A stretch of 64,000 bases of DNA from Spartobacteria bacterium (GTDB lineage: Bacteria > Verrucomicrobiota > Kiritimatiellia > RZYC01): the NCBI GenBank assembly GCA_009929845.1, contig RZZM01000001.1, positions 14,166 to 78,165 on the forward strand. Direction: 5' to 3'. The stretch's first letter is position 1, and every line of letters starts with the position of its first letter. The notes under the pieces were generated by a model. It was not told the DNA's origin, did not search any database, and worked only from the letters and a program-made list of their open reading frames with translations. A program made the translations under genes and the position numbers. Positions 55,509-64,000 of the stretch are shown here, piece by piece.

Positions 55509-58500
55509 ATGATTGAGCTAAAAGACGGTTTTCGGCGGTTTCGTGGATTGATTCTGTTTTTCTTGACGGGAGGACTCCTGCTTGCATCGGCTTTCCTGTA
55601 CGCCCTGCAGGCCGCCCCGGTGCCCGATGCGCCCGCTCCGGTTTTCCTTGATATCCCCACCAACGATGTGCAGTACGGCTTTGAGCCCGACCGGCAGGGT
55701 TGGCGCAATGTCGCATACACCGACCCCGGTGATTATCACAATTCCCTCACGGGTATCGTGAACGCTACCCGGTCTTCGCTCTATGCGGCCGAAGGAAGTA
55801 ATTCACTGGAACTGGATGTGCGGATTATCAATGAAACAACAAACCGCCAAAAGGGCGCGGTGGCTGTCGATATGACCTGGTATCCGCCGCCTTCGCTCCG
55901 TGCCCCGTTCAACCTGGACGGCACAAACATCCATGCCTACCTGTACTGTCCCGTCGGCAGCGCCGCCACCAACCCGCTCTCGCCCAACCTGGCCCAGATA
56001 TATGTCAAGAGCCGCCAGGATGAATTTACCTGGCCGGCCCAGTACGGCGCGGCGGCAACAATGGTCGAGGATAGCTGGGTCGAACTGCAATTGACCCCCT
56101 CGACCAATACGCCCCCCGGCGGGTACACGCAACCGGGCTTCGACCCGCGGGCCATCCTCGAAATGGGCATATCCATTGAGATGTCGGGCATCTATACGGG
56201 CGCGCTTTTCCTGGACGGAATCCGGTTTGACGTGGGGCCGGACCCGCGCCTGACCAATTCGCAGCATATTTACTCTTTCGACACCGCCGACCAACAGGCC
56301 TGGTGGCGCTGGGGCGTTAACGCGGAGGGGCATCACGCCAAGGCCTGGACCCATGTGTACTATGCGACCAACGACCTCACCGAGGGCCGTCCGGCTTTGG
56401 CGGCCCAGGCGTCCTTCCGTACAAACGACAGCGCCGAAGTGGTCACCAACCAGTCCGGACAGGTCATAACCAATGAATACGTGTTTCAAAAGGGCAATTT
56501 CGAAATTGCCTACGAACCGTCCCTGAACCTGAGCACCAAGGACAACCGGATGTGCCAGGCGCGCCTGCGGTTCGATCCGCCGGTCGAGGGGCTCCTTTCG
56601 TTCGAGGCGTCCCTGCAACTGTATGACAAGATCACGGACCAGTGGTACTACCAGGTTTATCCCGTCGGTGGCAGCGGCTGGAATATCCTGAACTGGAACC
56701 TGGATGATCCGGACGACTATGCCACCAACCGGGTAACCAATCCGTCTCCCCCCGGACCGATGGACGCCTCCGCGATCGGCTTTGCCGCTATCCAGTTGTT
56801 TGCCAATGTGTCATGGACCGGCACCGTTTACCTGGAGGAGGTCGTGCTGGGCGGCGTCGAGACCGGCACGAATTACCAGCGTATAACCAGCGGCTTCGTG
56901 CACCCCGCCGGGCATAAATATGTCCTGGACGGTTCCAACTTTTATCACTGCGGCGCGAATATTGAGTATCTTCAGACCGTGCCGGACGCCGTGGTTGAGG
57001 AGTGCCTTGACTGGTGTACCAACATGGGCATCGACGTGGTCCGCACCTGGGCCATGCAGGAGGGACAGCCGTACAGCTTCCAGCCGGAGCGCGGGGTCTG
57101 GAATGAATTGATGTTTGAACATTTGGACCGCATCGTGGCCATGGCCGGCGACCGCGGAATCCGCCTGATGCTGGATGTGCTGGATAACTGGGCGCATAAT
57201 GGCGGGGTCTTCCAGTATGTGCATTGGGTCACCCGGGAGCATCCGGAAACAGTGAACACCAATCTCGACCCGGAAGGGGTCGCCTATCATGACCAGTTCT
57301 GGACCAATACCTATTGCCAGCAGTGGTACAAGGATTATGTGGAGCGCCTGCTGCGGCGCACCAACACCATCACCGGCGTGCAGTATAAGGATGACCCGAC
57401 CATCTTCACGTGGGAAATAGTCAATGAGCCGCGCTGTGAATCCGATTTTGACGGCAGCACGATTCATGATTGGCTCCATGAAATGAGTGACTGGATTCGG
57501 ACCATCGATACCAATCACATGCTCGGGCCCGGCGAGGAGGGCGGGTATGTACGCACCTATGCCGACGCCGACAAGGTCGGCTGGGAGGTCTATCCGGCCA
57601 ATTATTATCACTATGGGGTCTATGGCACCGGCAGCGCGACCTGCGATGTGTACGGGTGCGGCCGGGGGCATGGCGTGGACTTTATCAGCGATATGAGCAG
57701 CGTTTCCAATTATGTCATGTGGCAGGATGGCGGTTGGTCCAATACGGACTATCATCCGCCGGAAGGGGAATGGCGCAGTGGAAATTCCAATATCCATTTC
57801 TGCACAATTCGACTTTATATCGACCAGAAGGAATACAATCTCTGGCGCACCAATTTCAATGACGCCGATCAGCGCCTTGAATGGATCAATGACCACTGGT
57901 ATGAGTCGCACCGCGTCATCGGCAAACCCATGTTGCTCGAAGAGTTCGGCATCCACGCGGTCGGCTGGGTGTTCAACGGGTCCTACGGGCAGGTGCAACT
58001 GGTGCCGTCACCCAAGTATGATATCCAGGACCGTGTCGACTTGTATGATAAGTACTACTGGCACATTGAAAATTGCGGTATCCCCGGTTCCTATTTCTGG
58101 AACTTCGGATACGAGGGCATGTGGAACGATCCGTTCCACCGCTGCGAAGAGCTCGCGCCGTGGTACGCCTACACAGCCCAGTGGTCGGCGGTCTCCGTGG
58201 CCCTCGATACCAACTATGCGATGCAGGGCGCCAATTGCCTGCAACTGAATTTTGACGTGCAGGACCCCGGGGAAAACCGGGCGGTCTTCATCTGTCCCAC
58301 CAATGAGATGTGGGTGCTGCGCGTGGACCCGGATTCCACCAACGATCCCCCCACCCGCGGGGTCAACCGGGTCAAGTTTTTCTGGAATGTGCTGAGTCCC
58401 ACCCAGGAGGTGTATGTCGCTATCGGCCTGCGAGGCACGGCCAGCAATTACCTGGCCGAGTCCGTGGCACAGCGCGTGCCCGCCGGGGCCTGGACAAACC

Positions 58501-59474
58501 TGATGTTTGACCTCAGCGCGGGGACCTGGGCCTGGGAGGGCAACGGATGGAGCCATACCGACTATCTCATTCACATCACCAACAGCGCCACGGGCACAAA
58601 CATCCTGGCGGATGTCAGGGAGGTGAATGTGGTGGTCTATGACCTGGCCATGGGCGCCGGCGCGGTCTACCTGGATGATATCCAGATCAAGCGCGATGAC
58701 GGGTTTGTCGTGTACCGGGACGACCCCGTTTGCGCGGTCATCCAGGCCCACGCGGAACGTATGGCGGATTGGAACATGCCCACCAACCGCCCCAATATCT
58801 CTCCCGTCGCGCCTTCACTCCTGGTGGATGTGCGCGCCTTTACGGCCACAAATATCAACCTGACGGCCACGGATGCGGACGGCGACAGACTCAGTTATCG
58901 CTTCATGTCCATGCCCACCAACGGCTGGGTGTTCGGCTCCCCGCCCTCCAATGTCCTGTACAAAACCTTTCCGGGCACACCGGCCTTACAGGATGAATTC
59001 ACCTATGTGGCCTATGACGGGTTGGCCGACAGCCTGACAGCCACCGTACGCCTCGTGGTAACCGATGGCGATGTGGACGCGGACGCGCTCCCGGATAGCT
59101 GGGAATATGATTTCTTCCCCAAACGTGTGCAGTGGTGGCCGGACTGCGACCAGGACATGCTCACCAACATGTATACCGCCTGGGACTGGGACCGGGACGG
59201 ATGCACGGACTGGGACGAGTACCGGGCCGGGACGGACCCCACCAATGCATCGTCGCTGTTTACGATTCTGCAGCAAGTGCAAACACAGGCGGCATACGCT
59301 GTATACTGGTCGAGTGTGGACGGCAAAGCATACGTGGTGGAACGTGCAACCAACCTTGTTGAGGGCTTTGTTTCCCTGGTGACCAATGTGGCAGTCCCTC
59401 CGATGAACAGCTACACGGATGAAACCGGCGCGGCGTCAAGCGCCTGTTTTTACCGCATTCGCCTGGGTGACTAA
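55509..59474 (+). CDS. Giant secreted GH5 beta-mannanase-like protein (1321 aa) with a C-terminal dockerin-like module and terminal beta domain
   Basis: It has a signal/TM (LILFFLTGGLLLASAFLYALQA). The GH5 mannanase-type acid/base motif is FTWEIVNEPRCE, with the nucleophile region MLLEEFG. The C-terminus matches that of the 2815-aa protein. Confidence 0.72.
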   Translation: MIELKDGFRRFRGLILFFLTGGLLLASAFLYALQAAPVPDAPAPVFLDIPTNDVQYGFEPDRQGWRNVAYTDPGDYHNSLTGIVNATRSSLYAAEGSNSLELDVRIINETTNRQKGAVAVDMTWYPPPSLRAPFNLDGTNIHAYLYCPVGSAATNPLSPNLAQIYVKSRQDEFTWPAQYGAAATMVEDSWVELQLTPSTNTPPGGYTQPGFDPRAILEMGISIEMSGIYTGALFLDGIRFDVGPDPRLTNSQHIYSFDTADQQAWWRWGVNAEGHHAKAWTHVYYATNDLTEGRPALAAQASFRTNDSAEVVTNQSGQVITNEYVFQKGNFEIAYEPSLNLSTKDNRMCQARLRFDPPVEGLLSFEASLQLYDKITDQWYYQVYPVGGSGWNILNWNLDDPDDYATNRVTNPSPPGPMDASAIGFAAIQLFANVSWTGTVYLEEVVLGGVETGTNYQRITSGFVHPAGHKYVLDGSNFYHCGANIEYLQTVPDAVVEECLDWCTNMGIDVVRTWAMQEGQPYSFQPERGVWNELMFEHLDRIVAMAGDRGIRLMLDVLDNWAHNGGVFQYVHWVTREHPETVNTNLDPEGVAYHDQFWTNTYCQQWYKDYVERLLRRTNTITGVQYKDDPTIFTWEIVNEPRCESDFDGSTIHDWLHEMSDWIRTIDTNHMLGPGEEGGYVRTYADADKVGWEVYPANYYHYGVYGTGSATCDVYGCGRGHGVDFISDMSSVSNYVMWQDGGWSNTDYHPPEGEWRSGNSNIHFCTIRLYIDQKEYNLWRTNFNDADQRLEWINDHWYESHRVIGKPMLLEEFGIHAVGWVFNGSYGQVQLVPSPKYDIQDRVDLYDKYYWHIENCGIPGSYFWNFGYEGMWNDPFHRCEELAPWYAYTAQWSAVSVALDTNYAMQGANCLQLNFDVQDPGENRAVFICPTNEMWVLRVDPDSTNDPPTRGVNRVKFFWNVLSPTQEVYVAIGLRGTASNYLAESVAQRVPAGAWTNLMFDLSAGTWAWEGNGWSHTDYLIHITNSATGTNILADVREVNVVVYDLAMGAGAVYLDDIQIKRDDGFVVYRDDPVCAVIQAHAERMADWNMPTNRPNISPVAPSLLVDVRAFTATNINLTATDADGDRLSYRFMSMPTNGWVFGSPPSNVLYKTFPGTPALQDEFTYVAYDGLADSLTATVRLVVTDGDVDADALPDSWEYDFFPKRVQWWPDCDQDMLTNMYTAWDWDRDGCTDWDEYRAGTDPTNASSLFTILQQVQTQAAYAVYWSSVDGKAYVVERATNLVEGFVSLVTNVAVPPMNSYTDETGAASSACFYRIRLGD

Positions 59475-59647
59475 AATCAGAACTCCTTTGGAAACATAGA
59501 CTGATACCCAAGCGGGAGGTCGCTGTCCGTAACGACTGGATTATCCAACCATTTTTCAGATTCAACAGAACGCTTCCTGATTCACCAGGTATTGAGGACC
59601 ATGTCCCTCCATCCACAATCCCTGCGGAGCAGCCTCTGGCACGATCG

Positions 59648-61498
59648 GTGAGTGAAAAAGTGTATGGTTTTCTTCGTCGATCCGGGTACTATGCCACTAT
59701 GAAGTATTTTGTATTTCTAATGCTGGCTGTTGTGTTTATGTGCCCGGCGCAAGTCATCGGCGACATGTCCGGGGCGCGTGTTGTGCTGCGTCCGTGGACA
59801 TTCCTCCGGGGCGATGATGTCGACTGGGCGAAACCGGATGCCGATGAATCTGCCGGGACAGCACAAACAGTGCCCGAATTATTCGATGCCACCGGGGATT
59901 CACCGATGGCCTGGTACCGGGTGCGGTTCGACCTGCCCCGGGAGAGGCCCGCCGGCGGATGGGGCGTACGCACGGGGCGTATCCTCACCTCCGACGAAGT
60001 GTATTTAAACGGCGGGCTGATCGGCGGCGAAGGGCGCATCGGCGCGGATTTTGTTGATGCGCCGCAAAAGGAACGTGTCTACCGCCTGCCCGGTCATCTC
60101 TTGCAACCGGAAGATAATGTGTTGGCGGTGCGCGTGCAGTCCAGCCAGGCGCGGGGCGGACTCGCCGGCGCGGTGGTTGTCGATGCCTGGGAGGAGATAT
60201 CACGCATTGCGCAGCGGCAGATGGCGCGCCAAAAAGCGAGTGAAGCGTTTGTGCTCGGGTTGCTGGGCATGACACTGGTGTTCTGGGCCATGCTGTATGT
60301 GCGGGGTGTTCCTCACCGCGGGTATCTCTGGATCGGCATGCTCATCGTCCTCTTTACCCTGGTCTTTGGCCTGGAAAGTTTGCTCTTCTACGAAGCCAAA
60401 TGGCTCACACCACGGCTCCAGCGCATCGCCGTCGCGGCCCTGGCCGCCCTCCCGGCGCCGTTTTTCATGCTCAGCCTGCCTGTTTTTGACAGCCGGTGGC
60501 CGACACTCGTGTTGAAAGGCCTGGCGGGACTTTGCGCCGCGCTGGCCTGTTTCATCGCCATCGCCGGGAATCTTCAATGGTGCCACCGTATCGAGCCGCT
60601 ATGGATGGGCCTTGTGCTTGCGGGAACGGCCATCATCGTGCCGGGCTTCCTTCGAAAAGGGTGGGGGGCCTTACCCGCATCCGATCTCTGCGTGTTCGCC
60701 GGGTTCCTGTGGCTGGTGGCATTCAGTCTGGTGGAATACCTCGTCTGCCAGTGGAATCCGCTCCTGCCGCCTTTCAGCCTGGCGCTTCACATCGGTTTCG
60801 CGGGACTGGCCGCCTCCCTGGCCGTTGCGCTGTCTATACAATACCGCGCGACCTACCGGCAACTGCGCCATCTCTCGCGCCAGCTTGTCGGGACTGAAGA
60901 ACAGGAGCGGAAACGCCTGGCCGCCACGCTGCACAACGAGATCGCGCCCACCCTCTCCGCGGTCAAACTAGATATTCAACTTTTGCTGCGCCGGTGTCCC
61001 CGGGAGGAAGATGACGACGGCAAGCGAATCGTTGCGCAGCTATCCGATTCCATCAATGCGCTGCGCGATTTTTCCCACGTCCTGCGCCCCGCCGAAATTG
61101 ACCAGCTTGGACTGACTGTCGCGTTGCGCGCCCTGGCCGAACGGACAGCCGACCAGCATGGGTTCTCGCTGGAACTCGACCTGCCAGAGGGGGAGGCCCC
61201 ATTCGCGGGCATTTCGCCGGACATGTCGGTCACCATCTACAGGGCCGCCCAGGAAGCCTTCAACAACATCGTCCGCCACGCCTCCGCCGATAGCGTCCGG
61301 CTGACCCTGGAACGAAAAAGCAGCGGATTGCGCCTGCGTATATCGGACAACGGCCGGGGCGGCGCCCCGTTGCAGGCGAATACCGGAATCGGCCTGCTGA
61401 CCCTGCGTGAACATGTGGACGCCCTGGCCGGCACATGCCGCGTCACAACCGCCACAGGAAAAGGAATGGATATAGAACTATGGCTCCCCATCAACTGA
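59648..61498 (+). CDS. 7TMR-DISM-type sensor histidine kinase (periplasmic sensing domain, 7 TM, HisKA_3, HATPase)
   Basis: It has an extracellular beta-rich domain (YRVRFDLP...EVYLNGGLIG...AVRV), seven hydrophobic helices, a HisKA_3 H-box ERKRLAATLHNEIAPTL and an ATPase region (GIGLLTLRE). The start may be at MKYFVF (59699). Confidence 0.75.
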   Translation: MSEKVYGFLRRSGYYATMKYFVFLMLAVVFMCPAQVIGDMSGARVVLRPWTFLRGDDVDWAKPDADESAGTAQTVPELFDATGDSPMAWYRVRFDLPRERPAGGWGVRTGRILTSDEVYLNGGLIGGEGRIGADFVDAPQKERVYRLPGHLLQPEDNVLAVRVQSSQARGGLAGAVVVDAWEEISRIAQRQMARQKASEAFVLGLLGMTLVFWAMLYVRGVPHRGYLWIGMLIVLFTLVFGLESLLFYEAKWLTPRLQRIAVAALAALPAPFFMLSLPVFDSRWPTLVLKGLAGLCAALACFIAIAGNLQWCHRIEPLWMGLVLAGTAIIVPGFLRKGWGALPASDLCVFAGFLWLVAFSLVEYLVCQWNPLLPPFSLALHIGFAGLAASLAVALSIQYRATYRQLRHLSRQLVGTEEQERKRLAATLHNEIAPTLSAVKLDIQLLLRRCPREEDDDGKRIVAQLSDSINALRDFSHVLRPAEIDQLGLTVALRALAERTADQHGFSLELDLPEGEAPFAGISPDMSVTIYRAAQEAFNNIVRHASADSVRLTLERKSSGLRLRISDNGRGGAPLQANTGIGLLTLREHVDALAGTCRVTTATGKGMDIELWLPIN

Positions 61499-62091
61499 TT
61501 CGAATCATCCTCGCCGACGACCACCAGCTTTTTCTCGAAGGCCTCCAGCGGTTATTCAGCGATCAACCGGATATACAGCTTGAAGGCTTCGCCCGCACCG
61601 GACGGGAAGCGCTGGCGCTCATCGAAGCGCGAAAACCGGACATCGTCGTGCTCGACATCGACATGCCCGACATGGACGCCTTCACCATCGCCAACCGGCT
61701 GGCCGGCGCCGGCGATCCTCCGCGTATCATCCTGCTCAGCATGCACAACGAGACCGCCTACCTGTTAGCGGCTTCACGCCCCGACATACAGGGCTATGTC
61801 CTCAAAGATGCCGCCTTCGACGACCTCATACATGCCGTGCACGAGGTCCATGCCGGAAGACGTTACATGAGCGCAGGCATCGCCGACGATGCCGTCGGCA
61901 GCCGTTCTCCGTTGACACCGCGCGAACAGGAGGTGCTCCGCTACGCGGCCGCCGGTCTGACCACCCGCCAGACCGCCGATCAACTCGGTCTGAGTGCCAA
62001 AACCATCGAAACCCACCGCACCAACATTATACGAAAACTGGATGTCGCCAACATCACGGAGGCCGTCCACATCACGATGCGTTTGCGATAA
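61480..62091 (+). CDS. NarL/FixJ-family response regulator (REC + LuxR-type HTH)
   Basis: IRIILADDHQLF, an acidic pocket VVLDIDMPD and a LuxR HTH (LTPREQEVLRYAAAGLTTRQTADQLGLSAKTIETHR). Confidence 0.85.
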   Translation: MAPHQLIRIILADDHQLFLEGLQRLFSDQPDIQLEGFARTGREALALIEARKPDIVVLDIDMPDMDAFTIANRLAGAGDPPRIILLSMHNETAYLLAASRPDIQGYVLKDAAFDDLIHAVHEVHAGRRYMSAGIADDAVGSRSPLTPREQEVLRYAAAGLTTRQTADQLGLSAKTIETHRTNIIRKLDVANITEAVHITMRLR

Positions 62092-62173
62092 CGAGGGAAG
62101 CGCAACGTATGCGGCCTTAATGAACCCGTAATATGCGCTTGACGACCGCCCCGCCCCCCCCGAAAATGCCCCC

Positions 62174-62962
62174 ATGAGCACACAAACAGGACCAATCGAT
62201 ACGCTTGCTGCCCCAGGGCAAAAAGCGCTTTCTTATCAGGTGTTTTACGGGTTTATCCCGTGGATTATATTCTGGATTTTTTCAGGGGCTGGGCTATGGC
62301 CTGTTGCCATTCTGGGCGGCTTGACGTGCGCTGCCGTGGTTGTCGTGTGGCGATGGCTTGCGTGCGGCAACACGAAAACACTTGAGCTGGTGGCGTTGGG
62401 GTATTTCGCGCTGCATGCGTGCCTCACCCTGCTTATCGGCTGGCCATTTCTGAAAACCTATGGAATGGTTGTTAACGGAGTCGTACTCGCCGGCATGGCC
62501 TTCGGAACGTTGGCGGCGAAAAATCCATTCACGTATCAGTATGCCAAAGAGGAGTGGGACGAAATCTACTGGGATGACCCCGAATTCTATGCCATCAACG
62601 CCATCATTACGGCTGTGTGGGGCGGAATATTCTCTCTTAATGCACTCATGGGCGTCCTGGCCGTCCTGCGCCCCGACATGAGAACATGGTTCTCCATTGT
62701 TTTCCCGACCGTCAGCATGGCTGGAGGCATCATTTTTTCGTATCAATTCCCGCTCTTTGCCGTCCGGAGAGGGCTGCAGCAACGGCTTGACCAGTGGGAG
62801 CCGTACAAATGGCCTCCCCCCTGCTTTGACGCGCGCCCCACGGCGGAACGCGAGCACGATGTGGTCGTGGTGGGTTCCGGTATCGGCGGGCTTTCCGCTG
62901 CCGCCTTGCTGGCCAGGCGCCGGATTATGCGGAAAAGAAGCGCCGGGTCGGCGACGCGATGA
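62174..62962 (+). CDS. Hypothetical membrane protein whose 3' end runs into a truncated FAD-oxidoreductase N-terminus
   Basis: It has about 6 TM helices over 210 aa, then EREHDVVVVGSGIGGLSAAALLARR (a Rossmann GxGxxG) and an early stop. Confidence 0.4.
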   Translation: MSTQTGPIDTLAAPGQKALSYQVFYGFIPWIIFWIFSGAGLWPVAILGGLTCAAVVVVWRWLACGNTKTLELVALGYFALHACLTLLIGWPFLKTYGMVVNGVVLAGMAFGTLAAKNPFTYQYAKEEWDEIYWDDPEFYAINAIITAVWGGIFSLNALMGVLAVLRPDMRTWFSIVFPTVSMAGGIIFSYQFPLFAVRRGLQQRLDQWEPYKWPPPCFDARPTAEREHDVVVVGSGIGGLSAAALLARRRIMRKRSAGSATR

Positions 62963-63228
62963 TCGACGCCGCTCAAAAAATAATCCCCGGCCTGCGCTCG
63001 CGCATCACCTATCGACAAGAGGCGTCCCCTGCCACATTGGCGCGTTACGCATGGAGTACGCACGGGTGCATTTATGGCCCCGCGCCCGGGCAGGCGGGGC
63101 TCACCACCCAAACGCCCCTCAAGCATTTATACCTCGCCGGCTCCGCAGTCGTTGGCAGTGGCGTCGAGGCGGCGGCCATTGCCGGCATGCACGCCGCACA
63201 CGCCATCAGGCCCGAGCCGCACCGGTAA
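62857..63228 (+). pseudogene. Remnant of a phytoene-desaturase-family (CrtI-like) FAD-dependent oxidoreductase with an internal deletion of about 350 codons
   Basis: The N-terminal dinucleotide-binding motif (HDVVVVGSGIGGLSAAALLA) lies at 62857-62962. A frame change follows. A C-terminal family segment (IYGPAPGQAGL...LYLAGSAVVGSGVEAAAIAGMHAAHAI) lies at 62959-63228. The central roughly 350 aa of a normal ~500-aa enzyme are absent. Confidence 0.5.
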
Positions 63229-63239
63229 CACTGGTTCGA

Positions 63240-63773
63240 TTATGGTTTCGTTCTTTGCAAATCATCGTTGAAAATGTCGATGGTCATCCAGCCAAGAATA
63301 AAGTCGATAATTTCTCCAGGGTTGATACCAAAACGCAACGTCCCCCCCAGACCGATGACGATGTCGATGCCTGTGTAATAGTGCAGGTGTTCTCTGGAGA
63401 AACTCCACTCATGTTCAAACTTCTCGCCTGTGTCAACAAGCGAGAGAAACGGAAGGGGTTTGCTGGTATTCACGCATTTGTGCCTCGCAATTACCACTTG
63501 GTTTGTCGTCTCCATCCATTCGAAACCAAATCCGTATAGAGGAAAAAGAAGGAAGTCCGTGTCAAGCGACCAGGGGATAGAGACTGTACCAGCGCGCACA
63601 CCCGCAAGATCCCGGTTCACAACAAGCCCAACCTGAACCGGCCCAACGCGTCCTTTTGCCCCCGCGCCCATGCCGACAGTCATCGTGGCCATATCCCCCG
63701 CATCACGCATTCGGTCACCAAGATAGCCTGTGGTGGCACAGCCCGCGCAGAGCGCCGAAATCAAAGCCGCCAT
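63240..63773 (-). CDS. Hypothetical lipoprotein
   Basis: It has a lipobox (LISALCAGCATTG) when the start is taken at MAALIS. No recognisable domain. Confidence 0.35.
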   Translation of the reverse strand: MAALISALCAGCATTGYLGDRMRDAGDMATMTVGMGAGAKGRVGPVQVGLVVNRDLAGVRAGTVSIPWSLDTDFLLFPLYGFGFEWMETTNQVVIARHKCVNTSKPLPFLSLVDTGEKFEHEWSFSREHLHYYTGIDIVIGLGGTLRFGINPGEIIDFILGWMTIDIFNDDLQRTKP

Positions 63774-64000
63774 GAACTGATAGACGAACACACGACCAAC
63801 ACATTTCAGTACTTTGTGCGTCCGCTTACGAGCGTCCAGTTTTGATCTTCCCTGTGTAGTTGCCTCTATTATACTCATCATATATACCTTGCTATGGCCA
63901 GTGTACGGTTACGCCATATTGGTTCCTCAACGTTGGGATCTGATTAGTCTGCGCAAATGATGTTAACGGGTTGCCGGAGAGCCAAATGTGGTCTCCTGAA

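Overview
This is a 64 kb stretch of a high-GC (about 60-65%) chromosome from a Gram-negative bacterium. The Gram-negative call rests on the LpxC, GT9 heptosyltransferase, Wza and PEP-CTERM genes. Coding density is high and the minus strand dominates the first 14 kb.

Contents, 5' to 3':
- 1-2460: a low-GC island with two tandem, signal-peptide-bearing RHS-core toxin-like cassettes and small candidate immunity ORFs.
- 2566-3390: a rhomboid protease.
- 3508-8538, minus strand: a GDP-sugar operon with a sugar isomerase, Gmd, an Rmd-like reductase, a flippase-like membrane protein, DUF167 and a mannose-1-P guanylyltransferase-like gene. The last gene carries an in-frame array of five about 31-bp palindromic repeats.
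- 8614-13802: rpsU, Fur, a secreted retropepsin-like protease, a GT-C glycosyltransferase and a GH10 xylanase lipoprotein.
- 14119-18111: a PAS kinase, a REC protein and a hybrid kinase.
- 19671-24413: a glycan-synthesis block (GT4, WbqC-like, LmbE-like, DegT-like, WecA-like).
- 24547-31128: a PEP-CTERM-type exopolysaccharide export block (ExeA-like ATPase, REC, HD-GYP variant, Wza, Wzz/BY-kinase, Wzy-like).
- 31130-31560: a complex nested inverted-repeat element.
- 31741-36975: housekeeping genes prfB (with the classic CTT TGA C +1 frameshift), trpC, trpF, trpB, yicC and gmk.
- 37695-41545: heptosyltransferase, KTSC lipoprotein, lpxC and upp.
- 41779-59474: a large glycan-degradation locus. 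It holds a 2815-aa secreted protein combining GH13 and GH57 domains with Ca-binding repeats, a PEP-CTERM-anchored binding protein, a GH130 phosphorylase, a GH5+CBM9 protein and a 1321-aa GH5 mannanase-like protein.
- 59648-62091: a 7TMR-DISM histidine kinase and NarL-type regulator next to that locus.
- 62857-63228: an internally deleted FAD-oxidoreductase remnant.

The most unusual signals are the in-frame palindromic repeat array, the dockerin-like plus beta-domain C-terminal module shared by two giant CAZymes, the RHS cassettes, and the nested inverted-repeat element upstream of prfB.
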